From positions 1 through 64,000 of the forward strand of contig JBFGJG010000008.1 of NCBI GenBank assembly GCA_041577295.1: a stretch of DNA of 64,000 bases, in the 5' to 3' direction. Below the pieces are notes generated by a model. It ran no database searches and was not told the origin of the DNA. It saw nothing but the letters and a program-made list of their open reading frames with translations. The DNA comes from Gemmatimonadales bacterium. Its GTDB lineage: Bacteria > Gemmatimonadota > Gemmatimonadetes > Gemmatimonadales > GWC2-71-9. The translations under genes and the position numbers were made by a program. Of this stretch, positions 39,846 through 49,783 are shown piece by piece; within the stretch, counting starts at the first letter, position 1, and each line of letters opens with the position of its first letter.

Positions 39846-40682
39846 TTACGAGGCAGTGCGGTCTCGCCAGACGAAACCGCCAAGCGCGACGCGATACTCA
39901 CGCGTCCGTTGGTCGTACTTCACGCTGAACGTTCCCGGATACCAGCCCGGTTCGGTGACTTCCAACGGCACCGGTATCGGTATAGTGGTGTTGGGCTTGG
40001 ACTTCAGGTACGCCAGCGTCACCATCGGCTCGGCAAAGATGAGCTTTCCATCCCACGTGCCAAAGATGAACGTCTTGGTGAAGGCCCCACCCACAAACTC
40101 AGCCGACGCGGGATCGATCCAGTGCACCCCCATCTTGGGGAAGCCGAGCGGCTCCGGGGACACGTAGCCCGCTGGTACGAACGCCGGGCTCGGGTAGTGC
40201 GCAGCTTTGACAGCGAATTCTGGATCGTTCGGATCAATCAGCTCACGATCGTGCTCGTCGACCATATAGAAGTGAAAGTCGAAGTGCGGCGGATGATAGA
40301 TCCCATCCGGCTCGTGCCCTTCAGGGTTCCAGTTGAGTAGAACATGGCGAAACGGCTGCGGTGCATTGACTTCCGGCAACCGGAGGACGAAATCCGCCGC
40401 GGGATGCCCGCCGTGCCTGCTCACCTCATGCGCCGCCGGAAGTCCGGTGAGCGCCCCGGCCGAAAGGGCGACCCCCAACTCGATCGGACGCCCATCCCGC
40501 AATAGCGCGTACGTGTGCGCCTCACCGTTGCCAACGCTCACCCGCCCGCCGTGCACTGCAATCGTCCGTGCCTCGTTCGCAGGGACAAGTCGAAAAGCGG
40601 TCAAGACCAGTAAAACCGTCACGAACCCGGCGAGTCCGCTGCCGAGTTTGTAGGATCTCATCGTCGTCTTGGTCGAGAACAT
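39846..40682 (-). CDS. Secreted DUF5602/TTHB210-like His-rich protein
   Basis: Signal peptide; NWNPEGHEP, PHFDFHFY, PKMGVHW, FAEPMVT; GGAGG RBS. Confidence 0.78.
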   Translation of the reverse strand: MFSTKTTMRSYKLGSGLAGFVTVLLVLTAFRLVPANEARTIAVHGGRVSVGNGEAHTYALLRDGRPIELGVALSAGALTGLPAAHEVSRHGGHPAADFVLRLPEVNAPQPFRHVLLNWNPEGHEPDGIYHPPHFDFHFYMVDEHDRELIDPNDPEFAVKAAHYPSPAFVPAGYVSPEPLGFPKMGVHWIDPASAEFVGGAFTKTFIFGTWDGKLIFAEPMVTLAYLKSKPNTTIPIPVPLEVTEPGWYPGTFSVKYDQRTREYRVALGGFVWRDRTAS

Positions 40683-40761
40683 GGCCTCCTCCGTCTATGT
40701 GCCAGCCCCAGAGCCAGCCTAGAGCTGGGGCAGTGTGCGGGAGCAAGTTGGCAGTTGGCCG

Positions 40762-40810
40762 TTACGGGGGGCTTACCAAGGGGGGAAGGCGCTTACCAGG
40801 TGATTACCAG
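40762..40810 (-). promoter_or_regulatory. Phased GTAA direct repeats (candidate SARP/BTAD regulator sites)
   Basis: Plus-strand TTAC at 40762, 40773, 40793 and 40804; minus strand CTGGTAA-N4-CTGGTAA...TTGGTAA-N4-CCCGTAA. Confidence 0.55.
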
Positions 40811-40831
40811 AGGGTAAGGAGAAGCAGACCC

Positions 40832-43699
40832 CTAAGTGACCTCGCCTGTCCGCAGTCGTTCGAAGAGCGAAGTTGTTTCGGGGTCCGGCTCCACCTCCAG
40901 CTCGGACCGCAGGCGATCGCTGAGGTTCTGATAGAGTCGAAGTGACTCGGCGCGCTCCCCGAGCCGCGCATGGCAGGTCATGAGCCGGCGATACGCCTTT
41001 TCATGTATCGGGTCGCGGGCGATCGCCCGGCGATACCGCACCGCCGCCTCGGGGTTGTTGCCCTGGTCGAGCCACCAATCTCCGAGGGCGACGCAGGCCT
41101 CTAGGTAGACGCGCTGGAGACGGTAACGGATCTCGAGGTGCCAGTCGCCGGCGCTTTCGCTCTCCAGAAAATCGCCGCGATAGAGACAGAGCGCCGCGTC
41201 CAGCCGCCCCGGTCCGAGTCCTGCGCGGAGATCCCGGAGCCCGGCCGCGACCTCCCGCTCAAACGTGTGCACGTCGAACTCTGTCAAGACACCGCGAGCA
41301 AGGACGTAGCGGTCATCGTCCAGGACGATCCAGTCGGGGTGCCCCAGTGCCTGACGCAGCCGGTGCACCGTGACGTTCACATTGTTCCGGACCTTTGCAG
41401 CGGAGGCCTCCGGCCAGAACGTGACGCCGATCTGCTCACGTGTGGCACCCTCCGGGTGGCATGCAAGGAACAAGAGCAACTCGCGAGACCGGACTGACCG
41501 CCATACTTCGGAACCCAGGATCGCCCCGTCGGACACGATCTGCACCGGCCCGAGCGCAAAGACGCGTAACTGCGACGCGACACCTGGACCGGAAGAGCAT
41601 TCCTGCAAATCCTCTAGGAGTCTCTCTACTGTGAGCGTCCGGCCGGCTTGCACGGCAGCATCAAACACCGGCTGGCCCATCGTGATCCGTAGCGATTCCA
41701 TCAGGCGCTGCATTTCGATGCGATCCGTTTCCGGCATACCGACACCGAGCCCCTCGCGCAGCTCATCTGCGGCCGAGATGAGTTCGACTGCACTTTGCCC
41801 GCGACCCACGTCCACCGCGACCCTGGCGAGCTCCTCCATCGCTTTGAGCAACCCCCAGCGATCGTTGGTCTGTTGGTGCACCGAAAGGCTCTCCGCAAGA
41901 TGCTGAATGGCCGACTCGGGGTTCCCCCGCCGGCGCTCCAACCGGCCGAGCACGTGGAGGGAGTGGGCAATCGATGGTTTGTGCCCGAGCGCGCGCGCGT
42001 GCCGATTGGCTTCCTCAAACGAGGCTTGCGCTTGGTTCAGCCGTCCGTGTGCCTCGGCGGCGAGACCCAACCAGTAGAGCGTGAACGGAAGCAACACCCC
42101 CAACTCGAGCGACCGGGCGATCCTGACAGCCTCCTCCAATATCGCCAGCGCCTCATCGTGTGACTCCTCGCGACTCAGGGCAGCGCCCAGGCCGGCCATG
42201 GCATAGGCCCGCGTGTAACGGTCCGGCGACTGCAGAAGCAACGACACGGCCTCGTTCATCGCGCTCGTCACCGCCGCGTGGTCGCCTTGCCAGAGGGCGA
42301 CGTGACCCAGCGCAGTGAGCGCTCGGGCACGAAGCTGCGGATCGGCGGTCGCCGATTGCTTGAGGGCTGCGGTGAGGGTCGCGCGTCCTTCTCGAAAGTG
42401 ACCTCCGGCAAACCAGAACCAGTGGAGCGCCGCCGCCATGCGCAGAGCATCGTCCGCGCGCCCGGGATCGCCACCGAACCACTCGGCGGCTACCCGAAAG
42501 TTCGCATGCTCCTGCGATAGCCTCGCGACGAGCTCCTCGTCCCCTGCCCCACCGAACATGGGCCGAGCCGACGATTCGGCCAGCGCGAGGAAATAGGCCG
42601 CGTGCCGCTCACGCACTGTCGGCTCCTCACCAACTTCGCGCAGCCGCTCGAGGAGGTACTGGCGGACGGTTTCCAACAACCGGTACCGGACGCTGTCTCC
42701 GCGTGCCTCGCTCACCACCATCGACTTGTCCACGAGCGCGGAGAGGGTAGGAAGCACGTCTTGTCGTTCGATTGGGGCAAAGCCACAGACCGCTTCGACC
42801 GCATCGAGGCTAAGCCCGCACGCAAAAACCGCTAACCGTCGCAGCAACGAACGGTCTCGGTCGGCGAGCAGCGTGTAGCTCCAATCGATGGTGGCGCCAA
42901 GCGTCCGTTGACGTGGCACCGCCGTGCGTGAGCCCTCGAGCAGCTCAAAGCTGTCCTCGAGGCGGTGAGCAATCTGCGCCGGCGTGAGAACGCGCACGCG
43001 GGCGGCAGCGAGTTCGATCGCCAGCGGCAGACCGTCCAGCCGTCTGCAGATATCGGCAACCGCTTCTGCCGTGTCATCCGTCACCGCAAACGCTGGAGAC
43101 ACGGCCTGCGCCCGTTCGACGAAGAGCTGCATGGCTTCTGAGCCAGCGGCGCGCGACGGTTGCTGACCGTCCGGCAAGCTCAGCGGAGGCACGAGCCAGG
43201 ACTGTTCTCCGGTAATACCCAGCGGCTCCCTGCTCGTGGCGACGACTCGCAGCCTGGGGCAGCCATGAAGCAACGTCGCGACGAGCTTCGCGCAAGCATC
43301 GATCAGATGCTCGCAATTGTCCAAGACCACGACAGCCTCACGCTCCCTGAAGAACTCGATCAACGAGTCCTCAGCCGCGTGGCCACGGTCCTCACGCAGA
43401 CCAACGGACCCCGCGAGGTACTGTGGTAACAGTGTGGATGCGGTGATAGGCGCCAAGTCGATCCAGACGACATCGGCCGACTCGGGCACGCGCGCGACCA
43501 GCTCGACGGCCAGACGGGTCTTCCCGCTCCCCCCGGGCCCCGTGAGCGTCAGCAAGCGGCAGGAGGTGAGGAGCCGCCCCAGTTGCTCGAGCTCTCGTTC
43601 GCGACCGACAAAGCGTGTGAGATAGACGGGCACCGGGGGCAGTGCCCGGAGTGGAGGATGACTCCGGGTCTCAAAGCGTAACGCGCCGGCCTGAGCCAT
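40832..43699 (-). CDS. STAND-type transcriptional regulator: NB-ARC-like NTPase, TPR, C-terminal wHTH/BTAD
   Basis: FVGRERE, GPGGSGKT, VLDNCEH, TSREPL, LDGLPLAIELAAAR; C-terminal LGPVQI...RELLLFL...FWPE...LYRGDFL...LEVEPDPET. ATG at 43699 is the likely start. Confidence 0.9.
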   Translation of the reverse strand: MAQAGALRFETRSHPPLRALPPVPVYLTRFVGRERELEQLGRLLTSCRLLTLTGPGGSGKTRLAVELVARVPESADVVWIDLAPITASTLLPQYLAGSVGLREDRGHAAEDSLIEFFREREAVVVLDNCEHLIDACAKLVATLLHGCPRLRVVATSREPLGITGEQSWLVPPLSLPDGQQPSRAAGSEAMQLFVERAQAVSPAFAVTDDTAEAVADICRRLDGLPLAIELAAARVRVLTPAQIAHRLEDSFELLEGSRTAVPRQRTLGATIDWSYTLLADRDRSLLRRLAVFACGLSLDAVEAVCGFAPIERQDVLPTLSALVDKSMVVSEARGDSVRYRLLETVRQYLLERLREVGEEPTVRERHAAYFLALAESSARPMFGGAGDEELVARLSQEHANFRVAAEWFGGDPGRADDALRMAAALHWFWFAGGHFREGRATLTAALKQSATADPQLRARALTALGHVALWQGDHAAVTSAMNEAVSLLLQSPDRYTRAYAMAGLGAALSREESHDEALAILEEAVRIARSLELGVLLPFTLYWLGLAAEAHGRLNQAQASFEEANRHARALGHKPSIAHSLHVLGRLERRRGNPESAIQHLAESLSVHQQTNDRWGLLKAMEELARVAVDVGRGQSAVELISAADELREGLGVGMPETDRIEMQRLMESLRITMGQPVFDAAVQAGRTLTVERLLEDLQECSSGPGVASQLRVFALGPVQIVSDGAILGSEVWRSVRSRELLLFLACHPEGATREQIGVTFWPEASAAKVRNNVNVTVHRLRQALGHPDWIVLDDDRYVLARGVLTEFDVHTFEREVAAGLRDLRAGLGPGRLDAALCLYRGDFLESESAGDWHLEIRYRLQRVYLEACVALGDWWLDQGNNPEAAVRYRRAIARDPIHEKAYRRLMTCHARLGERAESLRLYQNLSDRLRSELEVEPDPETTSLFERLRTGEVT

Positions 43700-43864
43700 G
43701 CTATCGCGCCCCAACGGAAGGAGCGGCCCCACCGGCGGCGGTGCCCGACCGAGGGTCCGCCGACGGCACGTAGCCGCCCGTACAAACGTAAAGATCGCCA
43801 GCCACGGGCGTTCCGGAAAGGCCCCTGCAACCTTTTGCCCGGGTCGTGGATCTAATCTCACATA

Positions 43865-43883
43865 CCTCTCGATTACCGACAGG
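43865..43883. promoter_or_regulatory. Imperfect inverted repeat, candidate PadR operator
   Basis: CCTCTCG-ATTAC-CGACAGG just upstream of the padR RBS. Confidence 0.45.
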
Positions 43884-43905
43884 AGCCTTCGAAAGGAGTC
43901 CCGTC

Positions 43906-44253
43906 GTGGGACGCGAACGGCCCGATCTGATCAAAGGCACCTTGGATATGCTGATCCTCAAGGTTCTCTCGCTCGAGCCCCTGCACGGCTGGGGGATCTC
44001 GGAGCGCATCCAACAGAAGTCGGGTGAGGCGTTGCGGGTGCAGCAGGGATCCCTTTACGCCTCGCTGCATCGTCTGGCGCGCGAGGGGTGGATTCGATCG
44101 TATTGGCAAACGACCGAGCACAACCGCCGCGCTCGCTACTACGCGTTGACGCCAGCCGGGGAGCGACAGCTGGGTATCGAGGCAAAGCACTGGGAGAAGC
44201 TGTCGCGGGGGGTTGAGCGTGTGATGGGTGGCGACGTGGGATTGGCCGGATAG
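43906..44253 (+). CDS. PadR family transcriptional regulator (ADOP-associated)
   Basis: GTLDMLILK, HGWGI, QGSLYASLHRL, NRRARYYALT; AAAGGAG RBS then GTG at 43906. Confidence 0.93.
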   Translation: MGRERPDLIKGTLDMLILKVLSLEPLHGWGISERIQQKSGEALRVQQGSLYASLHRLAREGWIRSYWQTTEHNRRARYYALTPAGERQLGIEAKHWEKLSRGVERVMGGDVGLAG

Positions 44254-44296
44254 GCGGGATGGCCAGGAAAGTCAAACGAGGCAGGAGAGAAAGACC

Positions 44297-46924
44297 ATGC
44301 GTTGGCTGGACAATTGGTGGTTCCGGGTCAGAGCCCTCGTCACATCCCGAAACATGGAGCGGGAGTTAGACGACGAGATCGCTTTCCACCTCGCCATGGA
44401 AACGGAGAAGCTCATGGATCAGGGGATGTCCCCCGAAGACGCCCGGGTAGAGGCACGGCGCCGGTTTGGTAGCGAAGTGCGCGAGCGCGAACGCGCACGC
44501 GAGGCGTGGGGCGTAGGCCTGGTACAGGACCTTGGAGCGGACGCCGTGCACACGTTTCGTCAGTTTCGACGGCATCCGGCATTCGCGGCGGTTTCGATCC
44601 TCACACTTGCCCTCGGCATTGGAGCCACCGTGGCGTTGTTCAGCGTGGTCCACGGCCTCATGCTGCGTCCCCTCCCCTTTCCCGCCGATAAACAACTCGT
44701 TGTGTTCTGGAGCGAGTTCAACTGGCGCGGCGTCGAGTTCGACTTTGCCAAGGAACGAGTCACGGCCTATGAGCACATCGCGGCCTTCTCAACGGACGCG
44801 GTTCCGCTCCAGGCCGACGCGGGCACCTCGCTCTTAATGAACACGGTTGGCTCGGCGGAGCTCTTCGATGTGCTCGGTGTTCGACCGCTCCTGGGACGGA
44901 CTTTTCAACCCGGTGAGGATCGTCCAGGTGCCGAACCCGTGGTGATTCTCAGCCACTCGCTGTGGCAGCAGGAAATGGGAAGTGATCCGAGCGTTCTGGG
45001 GCAGCGTCTTCTGCTCGGCGGCGTTCCTACCACGATCATCGGCGTGATGCCACCAGGGTTCTACTTCCCCTCACCCAACTACCGAGCTTGGCGACCGCTC
45101 GTGCTCGATCCTGCTTCGAACGACTACCGAGGAAATGCCTCCCTCAGCCTCATCGCGCGCGTTCGTGCTGGCGTGACGGACGGCGCCCTCCAAGGAGACC
45201 TCCAAGCACTGGCCTCTGCGCTCGGGGAGGAGTTCGACTATCCAGCCGCCTGGGACAAGAGCAAGGACGCGAACCTCATACCGATGCGCGCGTACCTGTT
45301 TGGCAACGTCAGGCCCGCCGTGCTCCTGCTCCTCGGGGCGGTCGGACTCCTGTTGCTTATGGCGACGGCAAATGCGGCGGCCCTGATTCTGGCACGCACC
45401 ACCGACCGCACCGGTGAGATGGCGGTGCGCACAGCACTGGGCGCCGACGGTAGCCGCATTGCCCGACAGGTCCTCACAGAATCGCTGGTTCTCGCTGCCG
45501 TGGCCGGGGTTGGCGGTGCGCTGCTCGCACGCGTGCTGTTTCAAACGTTGGTCGCCATGCTGCCATTGCAGGACGGATTCGGCGAAGCGATCTCGCTCAC
45601 CTGGATCGCGTTCGCGGTGGGCATTGCCCTGGCAACCATCGTCGGGATCGCCGTCGCGGTGGTGCCCATGCGTCATCTCCTCCGTGGGAACCTGGAAGAC
45701 CTGCGGGGCGAGCGTACGGAGGGCGGACTCACCCGACGAACCGGCCGCGCGCAGGCGGCCCTCGTTGCCGCCGAGGTTCTGCTCGCGGTCACGCTCGTGA
45801 CCGGGGCGGGGCTGTTGATTCGATCCGTCGCCCAATTGAGAGCACTCGACCTCGGGATCGAGCCCTCGGGCGTGGTGACCGTCGATCTCATGGCCGCCGA
45901 TGAGGCGATGGATGATGTCGCCAAGCGCCAATTTTTTCAGGAAGCCGTCCGCCGCGTGACCGCGCTCCCAGGCGTGCACTCCGCAGGCCTCGTAGTGCGG
46001 TTGCCCATCCGCGACGGTGGCTGGCAAGGTCCGGTCACGGTGGAGAGCCGCCCTGACCTGACGGGCGCCGCGAGACCCAACAGCTTTTGGCGCATGGTGA
46101 CGCCCGGGTACTTCACGGCAATTGGGATCGAGCTGCGCCAGGGACGCGGTTTCGATGAGCGTGACCGCGAGGGGACGCTGCTGGTCACAGTCGTCAGCGA
46201 GACGTTCGCCCGACGCATGTGGCCTGGCGAGGATCCGATCGGGAAACGCATTGCCACCGGCATCTCGCTCGGGCACGAATGGCTCACCGTGGTTGGCGTG
46301 GTGGAGGACGCCCGCTTGGTGTCGGTGACCGATGACCATCCGCCGGTCATGTACGTCCCGATGGCACAGGCCGCGTTTTTTGGAGACGGCCAGGTTCTGG
46401 TCGTGAGGCGTGAACAAGCGGCGACGGACCTGATCCCCCAGATTCGCGCTTTGGTACGTGACATCGACCCACGGGTCGCAGTGTCGCGAGCCAGCTCCAT
46501 GGAAGAGGTCGTGGCGGGTGCGATGGCCGAGCCGCTCCGGCTGCGATTTTTCCTGATGTTGTTTGCCGCGCTGGGCCTCATCCTGGGGACCGTGGGAGTC
46601 TACGGTGTAGTGTCGTACGCCGTGACTCGCCGTCGGTCGGAGTTTGGTATTCGCATGGCGCTCGGCGCGACTTCCAGCAACGTGCTCACCGTGGTCGTGC
46701 GTCGCGGAATGGTACCAGTGGCCGTGGGCGTGGCGGGTGGAATCGCCGCGTCACTCGCGATGTCCCGGCTCCTGGCCGGCTTTTTGTACGATGTGGCTCC
46801 CACCGATCCCACGAGCCTTGTTGGTGCGGCCACCACACTCTTGCTCACGGGGATCGGTGCGGCGGTGATCCCAGCCTGGCGGGCGGGGCGGGTGAGCCCA
46901 GTCGAGGTGTTGAGGGTCGAGTAG
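44297..46924 (+). CDS. ABC transporter permease, ADOP type, with N-terminal permease prefix domain
   Basis: ELDDEIAFHL...ARRRFG, LALGIGAT, EMAVRTALGA, EFGIRMALGA. Confidence 0.94.
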   Translation: MRWLDNWWFRVRALVTSRNMERELDDEIAFHLAMETEKLMDQGMSPEDARVEARRRFGSEVRERERAREAWGVGLVQDLGADAVHTFRQFRRHPAFAAVSILTLALGIGATVALFSVVHGLMLRPLPFPADKQLVVFWSEFNWRGVEFDFAKERVTAYEHIAAFSTDAVPLQADAGTSLLMNTVGSAELFDVLGVRPLLGRTFQPGEDRPGAEPVVILSHSLWQQEMGSDPSVLGQRLLLGGVPTTIIGVMPPGFYFPSPNYRAWRPLVLDPASNDYRGNASLSLIARVRAGVTDGALQGDLQALASALGEEFDYPAAWDKSKDANLIPMRAYLFGNVRPAVLLLLGAVGLLLLMATANAAALILARTTDRTGEMAVRTALGADGSRIARQVLTESLVLAAVAGVGGALLARVLFQTLVAMLPLQDGFGEAISLTWIAFAVGIALATIVGIAVAVVPMRHLLRGNLEDLRGERTEGGLTRRTGRAQAALVAAEVLLAVTLVTGAGLLIRSVAQLRALDLGIEPSGVVTVDLMAADEAMDDVAKRQFFQEAVRRVTALPGVHSAGLVVRLPIRDGGWQGPVTVESRPDLTGAARPNSFWRMVTPGYFTAIGIELRQGRGFDERDREGTLLVTVVSETFARRMWPGEDPIGKRIATGISLGHEWLTVVGVVEDARLVSVTDDHPPVMYVPMAQAAFFGDGQVLVVRREQAATDLIPQIRALVRDIDPRVAVSRASSMEEVVAGAMAEPLRLRFFLMLFAALGLILGTVGVYGVVSYAVTRRRSEFGIRMALGATSSNVLTVVVRRGMVPVAVGVAGGIAASLAMSRLLAGFLYDVAPTDPTSLVGAATTLLLTGIGAAVIPAWRAGRVSPVEVLRVE

Positions 46925-47007
46925 TGAGTGGTGTGTAGTGAGTCGTGCGTGATAGATTCAACAGCGAGTGGGCTGCAGTGTTTCAAACCTTAGACCTCTT
47001 AGTGCTT

Positions 47008-47280
47008 ATGTGTCGCAACATCAGAACGCTGTACAACTTTGCTCCGCCGGCGACCCACGAAGAGATCCGTGCGGCGTCGCTGCAGTTCGTCCGCAAGGTG
47101 AGTGGGTTCACGCGTCCGTCAAAGGCCAATGAGGCAGCGTTTGAACAGGCCGTTGAGGATGTGGCACGTGTCGTGGATGAATTGATGACCTCGCTCGTGA
47201 CGACCGCCGCACCGCGAGATCGCGAGGTCGAGCGTGAAAAGGCGCGTGCGCGGGCGGCTAAGCGTTTCGCAACCGGTTAG
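47008..47280 (+). CDS. DUF2277 family protein
   Basis: MCRNIRTLYNFAPPATHEEIRAASLQFVRKVSG. Confidence 0.88.
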   Translation: MCRNIRTLYNFAPPATHEEIRAASLQFVRKVSGFTRPSKANEAAFEQAVEDVARVVDELMTSLVTTAAPRDREVEREKARARAAKRFATG

Positions 47281-47290
47281 CTGCCCGGGA

Positions 47291-48454
47291 TCAGGTCGTC
47301 TCGCCCGAGCGCTCGTCTGCTCGGCGTAACTTCTGCAGCCGTTCCAGCATCGCGTCCTGAAGGACGTGTTTGCCCTGATCGGCGTAGAGTGTCGCGAGGT
47401 TGATGAGCGTCACTTCGTCCCACAAGGTTGGACTCCACGCACCGGCATCGCGAATGGCGATGGCGCGCAGATACATCTCTTCGGCCTCCTCGTCCTTGCC
47501 TTGAATCTGACAGACCATGCCGATTCGGTCGCACGCGTAGGCCATCTTCGGGTGCACCTCGCACACGCCGGACAACAACATGCTCAGCGCATCGCGAAAG
47601 CACTGCTCCGCCGCGGGCACATAATCTTCACCCGGCCGTTTCGTGAGCAAGATCATGCCATGACGCAGGCTCCCGTCCGCACGACGCAACGCATCGGCCT
47701 CCGAGGGCGTCGCCCCGGCAGGATCCGGCGGACCAACCAGTCGCGTCACCAACCCCCACGGCCCCCGCTGCGCGGGCGCCAGCACGATCTCGGTGCCGTA
47801 CACATCTTCGTCGCCTACGTCGGTCTCAGCCGCGCCAGGCTCGGCGGGCTCGCGCTCGAGATCTCGCATGGCCGCCGTGATATCCCCATCATCGACTTCC
47901 GTCGCCGTCGGTGTTTCACCCGCTCGGAAGAACGGGCTGTCGATGATGAGTCGGAGGATGGCCGCTTGGACGGTTCGTTGCCGTCGCACCTCATGAGGTG
48001 AGCGATCGTCACCCACGCCAGCGAGCGCGCGTTCTGCCATGATCGCCGCTCTCCGCGCCCGGCTAAACCCCGAGGAACCGGACAGCGCAAACCATTCGAT
48101 GGACGACTGGGCGAGTGGCCGCGTTGGAGCAACGGTGCTGGCATCGAGTCCAGCGTAGCTCACACACCAACTCACAAACCGGTCGAGTGCATCGTGCACT
48201 GCATCTTGCCGGTCGAGGTACTTCCTCCGCACCGCGTGACCGAGCATGAAGACCATGAGTTCCGGCGTCCGGGCGGACTGCCATACTTCGTCGAGCGACT
48301 CGTGCCGAGCGGCCCACTGAGACCACTCTGCGAGGAGCGGCACGTCACCGCTACGGGTGTGTTTCCCCGCATCGGCGAAGAAATCAGCGACACCCGGGAG
48401 TGCCGGATGCGAGGTTCGGGCGCGATCGGCTTCGGGAACTCGATATGACGACAT
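47291..48454 (-). CDS. Hypothetical protein with a C-terminal TPR domain (paralog D)
   Basis: C-terminus AEQCFRDAL...HPKMAYACDRIGMVCQIQG...EAEEMYLRAIA...W...DEVTL..LA.LY aligns with paralogs A-C. Confidence 0.75.
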   Translation of the reverse strand: MSSYRVPEADRARTSHPALPGVADFFADAGKHTRSGDVPLLAEWSQWAARHESLDEVWQSARTPELMVFMLGHAVRRKYLDRQDAVHDALDRFVSWCVSYAGLDASTVAPTRPLAQSSIEWFALSGSSGFSRARRAAIMAERALAGVGDDRSPHEVRRQRTVQAAILRLIIDSPFFRAGETPTATEVDDGDITAAMRDLEREPAEPGAAETDVGDEDVYGTEIVLAPAQRGPWGLVTRLVGPPDPAGATPSEADALRRADGSLRHGMILLTKRPGEDYVPAAEQCFRDALSMLLSGVCEVHPKMAYACDRIGMVCQIQGKDEEAEEMYLRAIAIRDAGAWSPTLWDEVTLINLATLYADQGKHVLQDAMLERLQKLRRADERSGETT

Positions 48455-48650
48455 CGCCTGCCCTTTCGTGGCGGATTCCGTCTCTCTCGTGCAAAACTCC
48501 GGACCATTCGGTCCAGCTTCCTTAGCGATGTCTGTTTTTTTCGCACTCTCCGTGCCGGGAATCGCAACCCAAAAACATGTTGTAAAGGGAGTGTGACGTA
48601 GCGCACAAAGGCGCCCGGCACGAGTGGGGAGTGGCTGATTTGGAGAGTGG

Positions 48651-49610
48651 TTAGTGAGGACGCCAGGAGTCCAGGATGTCCAGTCCCACGCTATCGGTAA
48701 GACGCACTATGCCCGAACCGTCTGCATTCATCACGTAGATCTCATCGTCGCCGTCCCGATCACTGGTAAACCCGATCCTGAGGCCATCTGGCGACCATAT
48801 GGGATACCGATCGGTGGCCGCGTCAGAGGTGAGTCGTGTCTCGTTCGTGCCGTCGGCATTGATGACGTAGATGTCGGCATTGCGCTCGCGATAGGCGTGA
48901 TACGCGATCCTGCTCCCATCGGGAGACCACACCACCCGCCTACCTTCGTAGGCCTCGTTGGTCGTGAGTTGGACGACGTCGGTCCCGTCCGCCCGCATAA
49001 CGTAGAGCTCCCGTCTCCCATCCCGTTCCGACGCGAACGCGATTTGGGACCCATCGGGCGACCAGCCGCCGTCACTGTCGTCTCCGAAATTGAAGGTCAA
49101 GCGGGTCTGCTCGGTGCCATCTGCCCGCATCACGTAGAGCTCCCGATCGCCGTCGTCCCGGTCGGACGTAAACAGAATCTGCGATCCATCGGGTGACCAG
49201 CGGGGCAGACCATCGGCCGCCGTGTTGTGGGTGAGCTGCTCCAGACCACGACGAGCGTCGAACATGACGAACACTTCGAAGTCGCCATCGCGGTTCGACA
49301 TGAACGCGATGAGTCCGTGTCCGTCGGGATGCCAGTCAGCGTTGAGATCGTGCGCCTCGTGCTGGGTGAGATATCTGGCGGCGCTACCGTCCGCGCGCAT
49401 CATGAGGACGTCGTAGCTTCCAAACCGCACCGAGGTGAACAGAATCGGCCTGCCGCTCTCGGCAATGGGATCTTCCGAAGGCGGACCGACCGGCTGCTCC
49501 GTGGCGCACGAGGTCGCGAACAGGAGCAGCAACGCCGCAGCGATCCCGCGCGCCTTCGTAAGACACGACCGCTCAGACCGCCTTGGATCGACTGGCTGCT
49601 GCAGTGGCAC
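48651..49610 (-). CDS. TolB-like (PD40 repeat) beta-propeller lipoprotein
   Basis: GTG at 49610 with GGAGG RBS; lipobox ATSC; repeated WSPDG..I.F.S.RDG..E.YVM.ADG. Confidence 0.88.
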   Translation of the reverse strand: MPLQQPVDPRRSERSCLTKARGIAAALLLLFATSCATEQPVGPPSEDPIAESGRPILFTSVRFGSYDVLMMRADGSAARYLTQHEAHDLNADWHPDGHGLIAFMSNRDGDFEVFVMFDARRGLEQLTHNTAADGLPRWSPDGSQILFTSDRDDGDRELYVMRADGTEQTRLTFNFGDDSDGGWSPDGSQIAFASERDGRRELYVMRADGTDVVQLTTNEAYEGRRVVWSPDGSRIAYHAYRERNADIYVINADGTNETRLTSDAATDRYPIWSPDGLRIGFTSDRDGDDEIYVMNADGSGIVRLTDSVGLDILDSWRPH

Positions 49611-49783
49611 GAGAAGCTTTCCTCCGAGAGGCCTAATACACGCCGTTTGACCACCCACCGCAACCCCAGGCTCTGATGGGACGTCGTTCAGCCTCTCTCC
49701 TTCTGTCCTTCGACCCCCGTCTTTCCACACGCATAACCCGGACCAGCACAGCCACTTCCGGTGCTTGCGTAGGAATTCTCTTT

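Noticed and set aside
40832..43699. NB-ARC/TPR protein as an Avs-type antiphage STAND system
   Set aside because: The effector is a wHTH/BTAD transcription module rather than a nuclease, TIR or SIR2 domain, and there is no defence-island context.
43906..46924. PadR plus orphan ABC permease lacking an ATPase as a novel system
   Set aside because: This is the well-known ADOP/PadR expansion of Acidobacteria and Gemmatimonadota.
8221..49440. Periodic DNA in the ankyrin, PKD, BNR and PD40 genes as CRISPR-like arrays
   Set aside because: These are protein-level repeats with synonymous variation; there are no identical repeat-spacer units and no cas genes.
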